The position numbers and the translations under genes are program-made. DNA of 64,000 nucleotides from Vicugna vicugna (lineage: Eukaryota), in the NCBI GenBank assembly GCA_013265495.1, contig MU058824.1, positions 3,499,111 to 3,563,110 of the forward strand, given 5' to 3'. Below, piece after piece: positions 12,604-25,440 of the stretch (position 1 is the first letter of the stretch; each line of letters begins with the position of its first letter). The notes below the pieces were generated by a model. It did not search any database. It was given only the letters and a program-made list of their open reading frames with translations, and was not told the origin of the DNA.

Positions 12604-13110
12604 CTAAGGGAAAAAAAGATCAAGAATTAAAATTATTTCATTCCATTCAAGAGAATTAACAGTCATAATCTGTTCAATTTGGAACCCAGCAACAAGGGAA
12701 TTTTGTCTCTTAAAAGAAGTTAGAAAAATTTAAAGGGGGGGCCATGAAGATAACCCTGCTTTTTGTCTCCCCCTCCTCCCTATTCTTTTATCCTTCTCCA
12801 TACGGTTCCATTTCTTTTATATCTTTATCTACTTACAGTTAGGGTCTAGAAGGGGCACTGAAATGCATCATTTAGACACTCTAGTGACATTCAGAGTCAA
12901 AGATGCTGCTGACACATACCTGAATGAGAATCTTATTTAAGTTTTTAGTTAGGAATTGGTGTTTTTTATGATTTTGTCTTTTACAAAGTTATAAAACTAC
13001 ATAGTTACCAACTACACTCCTTCTTTTGAACAGCCCAGGGTTACCATCGACAAACTCGATTATAATTTCTAAGAGAGAATGAGATAATTTCCTTCCTCCA
13101 GAGTCCTTTT

Positions 13111-13150
13111 AAGATCTACTCTGCCTAAAAAAAAAGATCTACTCTGCCTA
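13111..13150 (+). repeat. 17-bp direct repeat separated by oligo(A)
   Basis: aagatctactctgccta at 13111-13127 and 13134-13150 with six A between. Confidence 0.95.
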
Positions 13151-13823
13151 CAATGACCCAGTTCTAGCTGTCCCATGTTCTAGCCAAAATCCAGTATCTT
13201 GCAAGAGAATATTAGCAAAATACATCATATGAACTATTTAAAGAAGAATACCTAAATGCCAACTATACTTTATCTTGTTTGGTAGAATTCCATCTTTGAA
13301 AAAACTTTCATCTTTTACTTGTTATCTTGCTGAATTGGTCAAGTAGGCCTCAACAGGAGATAAAATCTAATTGTCTCTTAAAACTTTTCTTATACCAAGT
13401 TGTAAAATTATTCTTTTTCCAGCCATCTGTCACAATTAAGGCTAATAATTGAAAAAGACAAACACCTGCCACATCCTAAATATAGACTAACCATTTCCTT
13501 ACACTGAAGAAGCACTTATTTCCGGTGTTGATCTTAAGTGGTACTAGGCAAAATGGGCTGAGAGGTCTCACCAAAGCAGAGAAGAAACAAAAGGGAAAGG
13601 GGACTAAATCATTATGGCAATTAATTGACTGACAAAAATCAAGGCTGAACTACGCTTCTGAAAAATTCAATCACCCACAGACTTTTCAAACTTTTTCTAA
13701 CAAGATACTCGAACCGCTGTTATTTTTAAAAAGCTTATTAAGTTAGCACAATGAAGGGAAAGGAAATAAGAATCAAAGAAAATTATAAATTTATTCATAA
13801 CTTCAAAAATATTTTGATTTTAC

Positions 13824-13867
13824 CTCAACGTCTTTGTCGCTGATGAACCAGTCTACTCCATCTTCTC
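13824..13867 (-). CDS. ZCCHC7: ZCCHC7 internal coding exon, 44 nt (exon 3 by analogy with human)
   Basis: Minus strand reads polypyrimidine-TAG|GA GAA GAT GGA GTA GAC TGG TTC ATC AGC GAC AAA GAC GTT GAG|GTAAAA = (G)EDGVDWFISDKDVE. Resembles the human peptide GEDGINWSISDKDIE as I recall it. Phase 1 in, phase 0 out; joins the next exon in frame. Confidence 0.93.
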
Positions 13868-13964
13868 CTATAAAACAAACAAAATGTTACTCAGTCTTGA
13901 CACTTTTAAACCACTTACAGACTGACAACAAATTATTCAGTTTGTTAGTACTAAACTTGGGACT

Positions 13965-14160
13965 CCAAAGATGTAGTAAGAAATGTGAATACCTTAACAT
14001 TTTATCTTGACTCCATAATTACTTGTGTGGCTCTGAACAAATAGTTAACCTCTCTTAATCTGTTTCCTTACATGTGAAATGGGAATAATAGTATTTTCCC
14101 TGTATACGTAAAAAGTACTGTGGGAACCAAATGAGATAAAGTGAAAATGTTTTAAAAACC
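13965..14160 (+). mobile_element. MIR
   Basis: ttaacctctcttaatctgtttccttacatgtgaaatgggaataatagta. Confidence 0.75.
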
Positions 14161-14221
14161 ATCAAACTATCAATTAAAAAACAGTAAAACAAACAATAAA
14201 AAGTAAATTAAAAAAAATCAC

Positions 14222-14583
14222 TGAGGGACAAAACCCCAACAGCAGGTACACAAAGAAATCTTAGCTGAACTTCTCTTATCTGACTTAAAGTCAGTCTTAT
14301 CTGACTTAAAGCCAAGCTTTGTGGTTCAGCTGCCATAGCCCCTGATTATGGGCACCAGGACATCCCCCCAAAACTGTATGAACAAGCACATCAAAATCTT
14401 CTATTCTCTGCAGCCCTAAGTCCCCCTTTCTGTTAAACTGGTATACAAACCTTTACCTTTGGCTATTTAGTGAGTTACCCATTACTGAGTGCTTCTATCC
14501 GATGACTCACTATCTTCAGTTAACTCGCAGGCTCCCTATCATTCAGATCCAACTAGGTAGAAGAAAGGTTTTTCTTTCCAACA
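14222..14583 (+). mobile_element. Solo LTR, ERV1 class (MER34/MER39-like)
   Basis: TG...CA termini, imperfect 4-bp flanks tcac/tcag; 3' end tcagttaactcgcaggc...ggtagaagaaaggtttttctttccaaca resembles MER34-family ends; internal 17-bp duplication. Confidence 0.6.
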
Positions 14584-15989
14584 TCAGTATTAACTGTGCC
14601 CACCAGTTTCCCGCTATAGTCGACTTTCATTCTAACATTTAAAAAAATTGGACTCTGGATACTCTCTCACGGTTAAAGCTAGAAAGTTAGCACTGTATTT
14701 TACAACGTCAAAAATAGGGAAATAAAAGAGCAAAACAGGAGGCCAAATATCCAGAAACCACTGACTGATCTAAAAATACAACTGTAAAAGCCTAGGGTGG
14801 GTGGGGAGCCCCACATTTTTCTTTCTCAGCTTTTCTCTTCTCTTTGCACTGCCCCTTTACAAACCTGCAAATGACTGCTATTCCCTTGGTCCACCCATGG
14901 CCAAGGAGGAAGGGACATACGACTAATGCAGAAGCTAAGGTGTCAGCAAAGGACTGAAAGATTTTTTCCTCCCCCCAAAGCAAAGTTAAGATTTCCTCCT
15001 TCCTCCTATCTACTCCTCTTCTCTATCTCAAAAACACAAATTGCACCTGATTCTTCTTTGAAAGGAATTTTGAAGAGGCATGAAGCAATCTACATTTTCC
15101 CAGGCCTACCAGGAGTGTCTAGAGATATATTTTAAAATAAGACACTTTTACTAAGAAAACCAAGAGGCTGCTTTACAAAAAGACCAGTCCATAGGAGAAC
15201 AGAGATGCCGTGCTGATGATTATTTCCTTTGTAAAATTCAGAGGCTGCATCCATATACTGAGAGTGGAGAATACATTAAACAGCAGCAGCTTCTATTCCT
15301 TCATCATCACCATCCACATTATTATTCTTTCATTCAAAGGACTCATCTAAGGAGCATGCTTTGCTGTAACTTTCAAAGCTGTCTTTTGTACCTCAATGTC
15401 CTTCATCATTAAAACTCAAAATGACCACTTAAAATCACTTTAATTATAAAACTGACAATATTGTCCTTAAAAAAATGAAATCCAAAACCAAGGGAATGCA
15501 AAACAGCAACTATTACCACTCCCAATCTGCAGTAAACTTACACACAAACAGAGAATAGTGAAAAAAGGGAAGGTTTAAGAGGGAGATAAACTCCATTTAG
15601 ATTGTTTTAACATGCCTGCGGAATTCAACAATATTCTAGGTTATGTACTAACTCCTCCTCAACAAGCTACAGTGTACTCTTACTGTAGAATATCTGTCAA
15701 CAAGTATACAAGATAGGTTTCAATTACAAGTGAAATCAGACTTCTCAGGGATAAATGAAGTAAAGACATCGCTAGGAACATGTAAATCAACTTTTGGCCC
15801 TACTCATGGTTCAGTTTTGGTTCTACCCAGGTAATGACAGCTGACTCCTGACCCTTGCTCTTGTACCTCCCTGTATGCTTAACTCCAAATCCCAACCTAA
15901 TGGAAGCTTTGTCTAAGGGCAACTCATCAGAACTTCCACAGGCAGCCAATTCTCCACTTTGTTAAGTTCCTGGTCCTGAACTTGGTAGA

Positions 15990-16130
15990 AAGTTGGGTTC
16001 CAGTCTTAACCCTATCTCTTATTTGCTGTGTGGCATCAGGCAGGTTATTTACCCTCTCTGGATCTGTTTAATAATGGATTGGATTAAATGGTATCCATGG
16101 TACCTTCTAATATTAAGTTTCTGTGATTCT
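15990..16130 (+). mobile_element. MIR3-like
   Basis: tgggttccagtc...ttgctgtgtggc..aggcaggttatttaccctctctg...ctgtgattct. Confidence 0.65.
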
Positions 16131-16663
16131 TTTATCAAATTTTCACTCATTACTGGAGTCAGATACATTGTTAGTTAGTCTACATTACCTAAATCCTCCA
16201 GGCCTTCACAACCAATACAGGGTGTCTTGCTTTAACAACAACTTCCCACAGGGCCCAGGAGCACTCATCTTCTATGTGTGTGCCACCCAATGCCACAGAC
16301 TGTAAAATGGGATTGCCCTAAAGATGCCTATCAACTCTTACTTGCTTTATAGCCTTGTCTTGCTAATAGCCAGAACTGTGATTCTTTTTAGCCTTTAGAA
16401 TTGTGATCAAAGCAATAGCTGATAACTCTTGACATTAAATTAACACAGTTTAACAAATATGTATTGAAAGATTACAATAAGCAAGGTGTACAGGGTAAAC
16501 AAAGATGAAGAAAGACTTATAACCCAGTCAGACACAAACAGATAAAAGGAAAAGGAGTTAGGGAGGGCCAAACAAGATGCTATGGTAAATTCAGAGGAAG
16601 AACAGATGTCTGAATTTAAGGGAGAAAGAGGGAAAAAGTTACAGAAGGCTGTGCCATAAAGGA

Positions 16664-19400
16664 AACTTTACTGAGGGTATAATTTACATATTATAAAATA
16701 TACCCATGTAAAAAAATACAGTATGATGCATTCTGACAAATGTATACACCTGTGTAACCACCACAAAAATCAAATGTAGAACATTTCCATCATCCCAAAA
16801 TGTCACCTTGTGCATATCTGCAATCAATCCCCCACCCTAGGCAACCACTGATTTGCTTTCTCTCACAATAGATTCATTTTGCCTGCTCTAGGATCGCATA
16901 TAAATAGAATCATACGTTATGTACCATTTTGTATATGCTTCTTTCACTCTGAATATTTGTGAAATTCATCCATTATTGTTAGGTAGTAGTAGTCTGTTCC
17001 TTTCTTTTTCCTGAGCAGTATTCCATTGTGTGGATGTAACCATTTGTTTAGCTGTTCATCTCCTGAAGAACATTAGGTTGCTTCCAGTTTTTGGCAATTG
17101 TAAATAAAGCAGCAATAAACATTGTAGTGAGAGTCTTTCTTCTAAATTGACATAAGTTTTCATTTCCCTTGGGAAAATACCTAGGAGTAGAATTATTGTA
17201 TATGGTGAGTATGTCTTTAGCTTATACAAACTGGCAGATTTTTCTGAAGTGATTGTATCATTTTATGTTCTCATCAGCGTTGTATGAGAGTTCCAACAGT
17301 TTCATAATCTCACCAATACTTGAACTGTCAGTCTTTTAAATTTTAACTTTAGAATGGGTGTGAAGTAGCATTGCATTAGGATTTTAATGGGCATTACTCC
17401 GATGAATACTGTGAAAAAAGACAGTTTTACTGCCTCCTTTCTAACCTTTTATTTCTTTTCTTACCTCACTGCATTAACCAGGACCTCCAGTATGATACTC
17501 AGTATGTGGTGACAGTAGATAATCTCTGCTTTGTTCCCAATTTTAGAGAAAAAAATACATATTGTCTTTCATAAGTATATTGTTTGCTGTAGATTTTTCA
17601 TAACAGGTTGAGGAAATTATTTTCTATTCCTAGTTTTCTGAGTTCTTAACATGAATGTGTGTTAAATTTTATCAAATGCCTTTTCTGCATCAACTGAGAT
17701 GGCTCACAGTTTTTCCTCTCTCTTTCTGTTAATATGGTGAATTACAGTGATTTCATTTTCAAATGTTAAACCAACCTTGTATTCTGGGATTAACTCTACT
17801 TGGTTAGGATGTATTCTTCTTTATAATATATTGCAGAATTCAATTTGCTATTATTTTACTAAGAAGTTTTACATCTGTGTTTGTGAAGGATACTGACTTA
17901 TACTTTTCTTATAATGTCTGTCTGGTTTTGATTTAGGGTAAAACTGGCCTCACATGAGTTGGGAAATGTTGGGAAGAGTTTGTAAAGGGATGGAGTTATT
18001 TCTTCCTTAAACATCAGATAGTCACCAGTGAAGTCATCTAGGCTAGAGTTTTCCTTGTTTGCGGGCCAAGAATTTTCCTTACAGGAAGGTTTTAAAATAG
18101 TAGCTCTTATTTCTTTAGTAAATATGCAACTATGACATTTTCTATTTCTTCTTGGGCCAGTTTTGATAATTTGTGACTTTCAAAGAATTTATTTATTACT
18201 TCTAAATTACTGAAATCATTGACATAAAGTTGTCCATAATAGTCTCCTATTCCTTTGCATTTTAATCTCAAATATATATTTCAGTTCTAGAAGTTCCATT
18301 TGCTTCTTTTTTATACCTTTCATTTCTTTTATTATATTTCTCTCTTCTTTTAAATTTGAGTGTATTTTTAACAGCTGTTTTGAAGTCCTTATCTGCTAAT
18401 TTCGTATTCTCTGTCATTTCTAGGTTTGTATCATTTGACTGACTTTTCTCTTGGTTATGAGTGACATTTTCCTGCATCTTTGAATGTCTAATAATTTTTT
18501 TTTCTTGGATGCTACTAGTCATTGTAAATGGTACACTGTTGAGTGTCTGGATTTTGTTTTCTTACTTTAAAAAGTGAGACTGTTTTGACAAGCAGTTAGG
18601 TAATTTCCAGATCAGCCTGACCCTTTTCAGACTTTTAAAGCCTTGTCAGGATAGGCCCACAGTAGCTTTTACTTAGGGTTAATTAAGCCCTATTACTAAG
18701 ATGTACCTTCTGGGGTCTCTATTGAATGTCTCAGGTGTTCAACACTCTCTCCAATCTGGTAAGAGCTTGGGTAAGTTCTGGGAATTGTTCGGCTTCCAGC
18801 AAGTTTTTGTCCAAGTCTAGTGGAGTTTGGCCCTTTCCATGAGCAGAGAGAAACTCAGTATCCTTGGTATTCATGGGTATCCCTACGCAGATTTCTGGAG
18901 TTATTTCCCTCTTCAGCTCCCTCTCTCTAATACTCTGCCCCACAAATTACAGCTTCCTTAGCCTCTCTGAACTCTGAACTCTGATCTCTGTCTTCTCATC
19001 TTACTGAGATAGCCATGCTGTGCCTGGGTTCCCTCTCTTAGCACCATGATGCAGGTTGATTTATTAATATGATTCAATATTCTCATGAATCACGGTCCAG
19101 TACTGCCTGTTGTCCAATATCTGAAAATTTGCTAATTGATCTGTAGTTAAGTCAACCCATTAAAATTTTTCATTTCATTTTTTTCATTTCAAATATTACA
19201 TACTTCAGCCCTAGAAGTTTCTTTTGGTTCTTTTTTATGTCTTCCATTTTTCTTCTTATTATATTATATTTATCTTTCCCTTTAAACCTCTGTATATTTA
19301 TAATGTCTGTTTTAAAGTTCTTGTCTGCTAATTTCATCATCTCTGGTCAGGAGGACAAGCCTGGAATAAGTTAACACAATATGGCTGGAAGCAGAAGTCT
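16664..19400 (-). mobile_element. Composite old L1 (L1MB/L1M): 3' end, ORF2 pieces and ORF1/5' pieces, inserted in an L2 fragment
   Basis: aactttactgagggtataatttacata; gggaaaatacctaggagtagaatt; aaatgccttttctgcatcaactgagat; ORF1-like peptide of ORF 18268..18522; L1M 5'-like terminus ggctggaagcagaagtc. Confidence 0.85.
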
Positions 19401-20066
19401 CATATAGGATTTTAACAGATGAAGGACATGAATAAAAAGGAAAGGCATGAGCAACATAATGGAAGAGGCAAGAGGGTACAGCAAACAATACAGTTTAATG
19501 TGATGATTCCTTTACTAAGAATTTTCAAAGACCTTTTATGTATAAAGAATACAGAATTAAAATAGTCTTATAGAAAGCTTTTCACCTGAAACATATATGA
19601 GGGATTTATTAATATTAAATCTATTCTTCCAACTTTCCAATTCCAAATTTCCAAAGAAATTTTCCATGTCTTTCCTCTTTCAGTTTAACTTTAGGAGTCT
19701 TGACTTCCTACTTACTGTGTGGAGCTCTCCAAGGACTAGTTAAGTAGGCCTCTTTCTGCCAAGTAGTACTCTCAAAAGCAGAGACAGAAAAAAGTACCAC
19801 AGGGTGTTTTTGTTAACACTATGTAACAAATAGTATACTTCTTGTCTTTTGAAACAAACTTCAAAACAAAAAAGCAAACCCAAAAGAAAAGTGAACCCAC
19901 AACATTACATGTTTTACACATTTTCTCCTATTTCTGAAATGATTCACCTATTTTTATTCCTCCTTCCCTCCTTCCTCTCTTTCCTTCTCTCTTTCTCTCT
20001 GTCTCATGCTTAAACATCTTTCATATTTATATGGTAATGGTGATTCACAGTCTATAAATTATTTTA

Positions 20067-20212
20067 TTTTTATTAAAAAATTTTTTTTAGTTCTATTTTG
20101 GGGGAGGTAGTTAGGTTCATCTGTTTACTTATTTAATGGAGGTCCTGGGGATTGAATGCAGGACCTTCAGTGTGCCAAGCATGTGTTCCACCACTTAAGC
20201 TATATCTGCCCC
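20067..20212 (-). mobile_element. Second camelid Vic-type SINE with 16-bp target-site duplication
   Basis: Same family as 3787-3914 (ggaggtcctggggattgaa...ccacttaagctata); flanks tctataaattatttta (20051-20066) and tctatgaattgtttta (20213-20228). Confidence 0.88.
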
Positions 20213-21899
20213 TCTATGAATTGTTTTAAATGCACATTTTATCTTCAGAAGAATCCTGTAAGCATGGTTACACAAATGTTCACTTTCAAAATGTGTGTGC
20301 TTTCTACAAAAAATGGCCACTGTTGCTTTCTGTGAAATACAGTACTAATGGAGCTATTTACCCATAAGATTGCACTCAGTTTTCAAAGGATCTAAGGAAA
20401 AGTTTGGGCTAGATTTCTGAGGAGTAAAGCCAGTTCATGCTCTGCTTCAATTATACTTAGTCTGCCGACATTCTGGTAGGTGGGAATAGGTGAAGATCAA
20501 TTCTCTGCTGAGAAAGCAGCCACAATTACAGAGCTGGTTCTCTTTACCTTATGGGATAATCTGACAGAAAGTAGGGGTTAGTAAAAATGTATTTCCAAGG
20601 ATCACCAAAGATTATATAGACTGTAGCACAGCATATCCAGTTGGTTATTTGCAATGCAATGCCAGGGACTAAGAAGAATCTTTTCCTGAGCCTAATACCC
20701 AATAGCTCCTTCTTACATGGAAGCCATAAGTGCCTTACATTTTCTATATATCCCAATTTCTAACGTCTAAAATTTAAAATCTCATTACATTTCAGTGAAA
20801 AGGTATACATTTATGATTTTCTCAGCATACAATGGACTTAAATTTAATATTCAGAAAATTATATATAAAAACCCACTTGCCACTACTAATTATTCAAGAA
20901 CATAAATGCAACTTTCCTCAAAGTGTAAAATATTTTCATTTAATGTAGTGTCCAGGTAATTTTCAACAAATATTTACTAAAAATCTCTCATGTAAAAGAC
21001 AGTGCAGCAGACAGAAAGATGACTAAGATCTGGTACTTGCACTCAAGGAACTTATCATTGTAGTAGAATAGTAAGTACTATCTTTGGGCTAAATAATCTA
21101 AAAAGCATTACTGTGTTAAGTAAATAACCATAATAATTTCATTTCTAAAAAATAGGATGATTTAATTAACATCAGGCTTTTAAAAAGATAAAAAGTCATC
21201 TATTATTTGGGTAATGGGTTATTTAAAGAAATACTGAATTCTATCAATGAGCAATTAATTAACTTATGATGATGACTGCATCACCAAAACAGTCTTCATT
21301 TAATACTAAGTATGTAAACCCTCTTGCAACTGTTTTCTCTCCAAATAATCTGTGGGGCTATAGACAGACTCACAGATGGAAACTGGGAAAAAAGAAATAA
21401 TGGTTGGTATCTACCTGCAGTCCCTAAGGAACCAATATTTTGGACCTTCTCAATATCTTTTCTTTTACTTGCAGTATACAGCCAAAACTCTGACTCATAT
21501 GACATGGCATTCTTTCCCTACTTTAAAACATGGTGAAATGGTAAAAAAAACAAACAAACAGACAAACATAAGAAAGATAAAAGTGGAGAAAGTAGTGAGT
21601 AACCCTTCCATCAGACAAATTGAGATTAAATAATTTGGCAGTTATAGCATAAAAGACAAATCAACAATATTACATTTCTAAATTTATTGCCCCTACTCCC
21701 TTTTTACATCCCTAGTATTCTACACTAAAAGGTCCCATTGTTTGTAATTTAACACTCCCAGTGCTTTCCCATCTCTGTACTTTTACTCATTCTATTCCCT
21801 TGATCTCCAACACTGTCTCCCTCTTTGCTCAGTTTTTCTACCTAATGCAGCCAAACTTCCATGATTACAAATTCTGAATATCCTTTACGCTTAGTTCCT

Positions 21900-23000
21900 C
21901 ACATTCACTGGATATATGGATAATATTCAGTATTTTCTCACATGAACTCTGAGAGCATTTACAATTTCTTGGCCGATAGAACAATCTACTTTCCTAATTC
22001 TTTTCCTCCTTTGCAGTTTCTTCTGCCTTCATTGGCTATCTGGTATGTTCCATTCTTTGTCCTCCTTTTCATTCTATATTCTTTGTCCCAGGTTATATCC
22101 TACATGCCCATTCAGAGAACTACCAAACCTGCATCTCCAGGCCAGAATTTTTTCTTGAGCTCCTGATCTATACGATATCTGGATCAGACATCTTGGTAAC
22201 TCAAACTCGTAACACTAAAAATAAATTCTTTATGTCTTGCCATTCCCTGTGTTTGCCTCTTAAAAACAAACAACCCTACGTTCCCCTCTCTCTTCTAGTT
22301 CAATAACTTGTACCATAGTTTATTTTCCAAAAAAAAAACTTCAACTCTTCCCTCTCACCTTTCATATACTTACTCACCGAATCTATTCATAATAACCTCA
22401 ATGCCATTAGACTGGCCCAGAGACACTTAATTTCTCAACTAGATTATTAAAATCACTTCTATCTCTAGTATCACAACCTATTTTCATTTCCTCTGTTACT
22501 GGAATAATGTTTCCCTTTCTTTCTTTTTTTTTTTTTAATGATTTTTGGAGGTATCACTGACATAAAACATTATATTAGATTCTTTGATGCCTGCAGAACA
22601 AATGTAAAACTCCTCTGAGAGCCACACAATGCCTTCCAAGATTTGGCCCTTACCTATCCCTTTGGCATCACCTTCCTGAACCCAGTGGTCCAGCTAAGCC
22701 TAATAATTTCCCCAACATGTTCTTTTGTTCTCTGCAGCTGTGCTTATGCATGTATTCCCTGGAACACAAGCCAACTCAGCTTCATCCACTTGGAACTGGG
22801 ACTTGGTCTTCAAGTCTCTAATCTTGTATTACCTTCTCTACTGAAGTTGTCCCTGATAACTCTTCAAAAGCAGAGATGATCACTCTCAACTTTATAACAC
22901 CATGGACTTTAATCTTGTCATTTCTATGTTTGTACCTTCCACACACCAAAACATGATAGCTTAGTTATAGGTACTCATATTTACTGAATGAATTACTTAA
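21900..23000 (+). mobile_element. Degenerate L2
   Basis: atctccaggccagaat..ttgagctcctgatc; aatgccttccaagatttggcccttaccta; ends taggtactcatatttactgaatgaat. Confidence 0.65.
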
Positions 23001-24172
23001 ATAACATTTCCTCTTTTGAATTCACTCTTTAGAATTATTTTCTCCCTAACTTATAATCTAAAAGCACCTTATTTGTATTTCTTAGGCTATTGGGCAATTC
23101 TAAACTTTGTATTAAGAACTATGTTAATAAACATTTTATTTCCCTCATAACATCATACATTCTCTACTGACCAAGACCACATCTGTTTTATCTATTTATC
23201 CAGTTATCAGCACAAAATTTTGCATACTTTTGATTACAATGAAAAAGAATTTCAAAGAAATAAGAAACATTTATATGCACACTTGGTGAGTAAATACTGG
23301 TCTGAACTAAGGTACATAAGCCAATAGATAATTTTATAGGTTATCACTGTATATTAAAGTTCAATAAGATAATTCTCAATGGCTAAGAAAAAAACTTGGA
23401 ATTTCTGTAGTAAGCAACTTTAGAAACTAAAAAAGAACTTAAAAAAACATTGTTATTGAATAAAATCACTTGGCAGACATAGGATCCACATGTAATATAA
23501 GATAATTGGACATTTATAGATAATCCTGCCTCTACCTAGCCAGTGTTTACGGATTAAAGATCACAAAGATGAAGCTGCAAGATATTTATGTCATATCCTT
23601 TTCTGAGCCTAACTCCACTATACCAGATTTCCCCCTGGGATCTTTTCACTTTTAATAAGCAACTGAACCAGCCACAAATGAAGTTACTATTCCCAACTTC
23701 ATCAGTAGCATCTGTTATTTCAACGGAAACTTTTGAAATACACACAATGCCACATGCAAATCCCCTGAGGGCTGAGCCACTTTATTCACATGCATTCTTC
23801 TCAAACTGCTCTTTATTTCTGTCTCGGTTTTCTCTTATTTATACTTTTCCATTTAACAGTGGTCACAAAACCATTTCGTCATTAAATTTTTGCATTGTAT
23901 AACTGGCAATAGTTTAAATAAAACACATTTTAATAGAAGAATTTGCAAGTTGGGCATCAAATTATTCATCTTACTTTAAATCATATTAAATTTACGAGAA
24001 TTTTATATTTTTAAATGTGTGTAAATGACAAATGGGGATTTAGCTTTTCTTTTTTTAGAGGTAGAGGAGGAAGAAGAAAGAGGAAATAAATACAGGTGCT
24101 TATTAGCACAGGGTTATATAGAGCTCTTACAACGTTATCATTCATATAAAGGCTTTTGTGTATTCCCAAAGA

Positions 24173-24192
24173 CACACACACGCACACACACA
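24173..24192. repeat. Imperfect (CA)n microsatellite
   Basis: cacacacacgcacacacaca seen directly. Confidence 0.85.
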
Positions 24193-25241
24193 GTTCTCTC
24201 TCATCCCTCATTCCCTCTGCCCCAAGGACTTAGTCAATAAACAAACCTGGTTAAGATATATTTATTTAGAAGTGAAAGACCCCTCAAATTATGCTAACAG
24301 GAACAGAAAAGGACAAATTATCAACAGAAACATCAATATGATGAAATCCTGAGAGGTTGGTTTTTTTTTCTTTTAAAGATACCTACAATGGTGCCTACTC
24401 CCCACTTTCGCCCTTCCTTCTCCAAAAGGCAAAAGGGAAAATATATCACAGGGACACTTGAAATATTTGTAAAATGACAAGCACATATAAAACACATCTA
24501 AATTTAATCAAGAGGCCACTTTTAAAAAGGTATTTCAGGTTTCTAGAGAAGATTTAAAGGCTATATAAATTTGGTATCTACTTGTCAGTAAAAATTTAGT
24601 ACCAATCTAGAAGCTATATTCTTTCAGTCATCCTTCCATTTAACACTTTGTCTCCTTCCTGAATCCTTTTCTTCTTCTCTGTCTCTCATTAACTTTGTGT
24701 GTGAGCACACATACTGTCTTCAACAGCTGGTTCTCTTTTCACTCTCTCCTCAGTGAAACAAGTCACTTCAAAACAATCTGCTTTTATTATTTTCGAGGGT
24801 GATTTTTTTTTGAAATCTCTCTCCAGACCTTAAGACCACATATGTCCAGGCTTACGCTTATAATCGCTTCCAGGATATATCACAAATGTTTACATTACAG
24901 TCATTGCAAATATAACATATCCAAAGCAAAACTCATCTTTACAACCCCACTTGAAACTGGCTCAACCGCATTCTTCCTTGTTATTAATAGCTCAAAACAC
25001 AGGTTTATTTGCATTTTAACCTAATGTTTCACCCATTACCCAATAAGGCCAGGTCTTAAATTCCATGGTATGTTCCTTTGAAATGTCTTCCCAAGCCAAT
25101 ACTTTGGTTTCCTTCCAGTCATCACCATTTGTTCATCACCTCATATCTAGGATTGCTGCACTGTCCCTGTGCCTTCAACTTCATTTTATACATACCAGCT
25201 AAGTTCCCTCTTTAAATTCATAATTTCACATTTTATTATTA

Positions 25242-25440
25242 CTTTTTTTTATCAAAGTAATACATGTACATGGTTTTAAAAATGCCAATAATACTAAAAA
25301 AGTGTATCAAAAAAACACACAAAAACCAGTTCTCTCCTCCCTACCACAGCTCCCACTCCCCAGAGGCAACCACTTTCAATTCTATTTCTTTTGGTATTTA
25401 TCTGTGTACTTCTAATGTTCACTCTGATATTTATGGATTT
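25242..25440 (-). mobile_element. L1ME-like 3' end
   Basis: ttttatcaaagtaatacatgtacatggttt...cccactccccagaggcaaccactttcaattc. Confidence 0.7.

Noticed and set aside
12429..12659. 76-aa plus-strand ORF
   Set aside because: Antisense shadow of the 126-nt ZCCHC7 exon.
20544..20756. Minus-strand ORF ending near a GTAAAG donor-like site; possible cryptic exon
   Set aside because: No clear acceptor or recognisable peptide; unsupported without RNA data.
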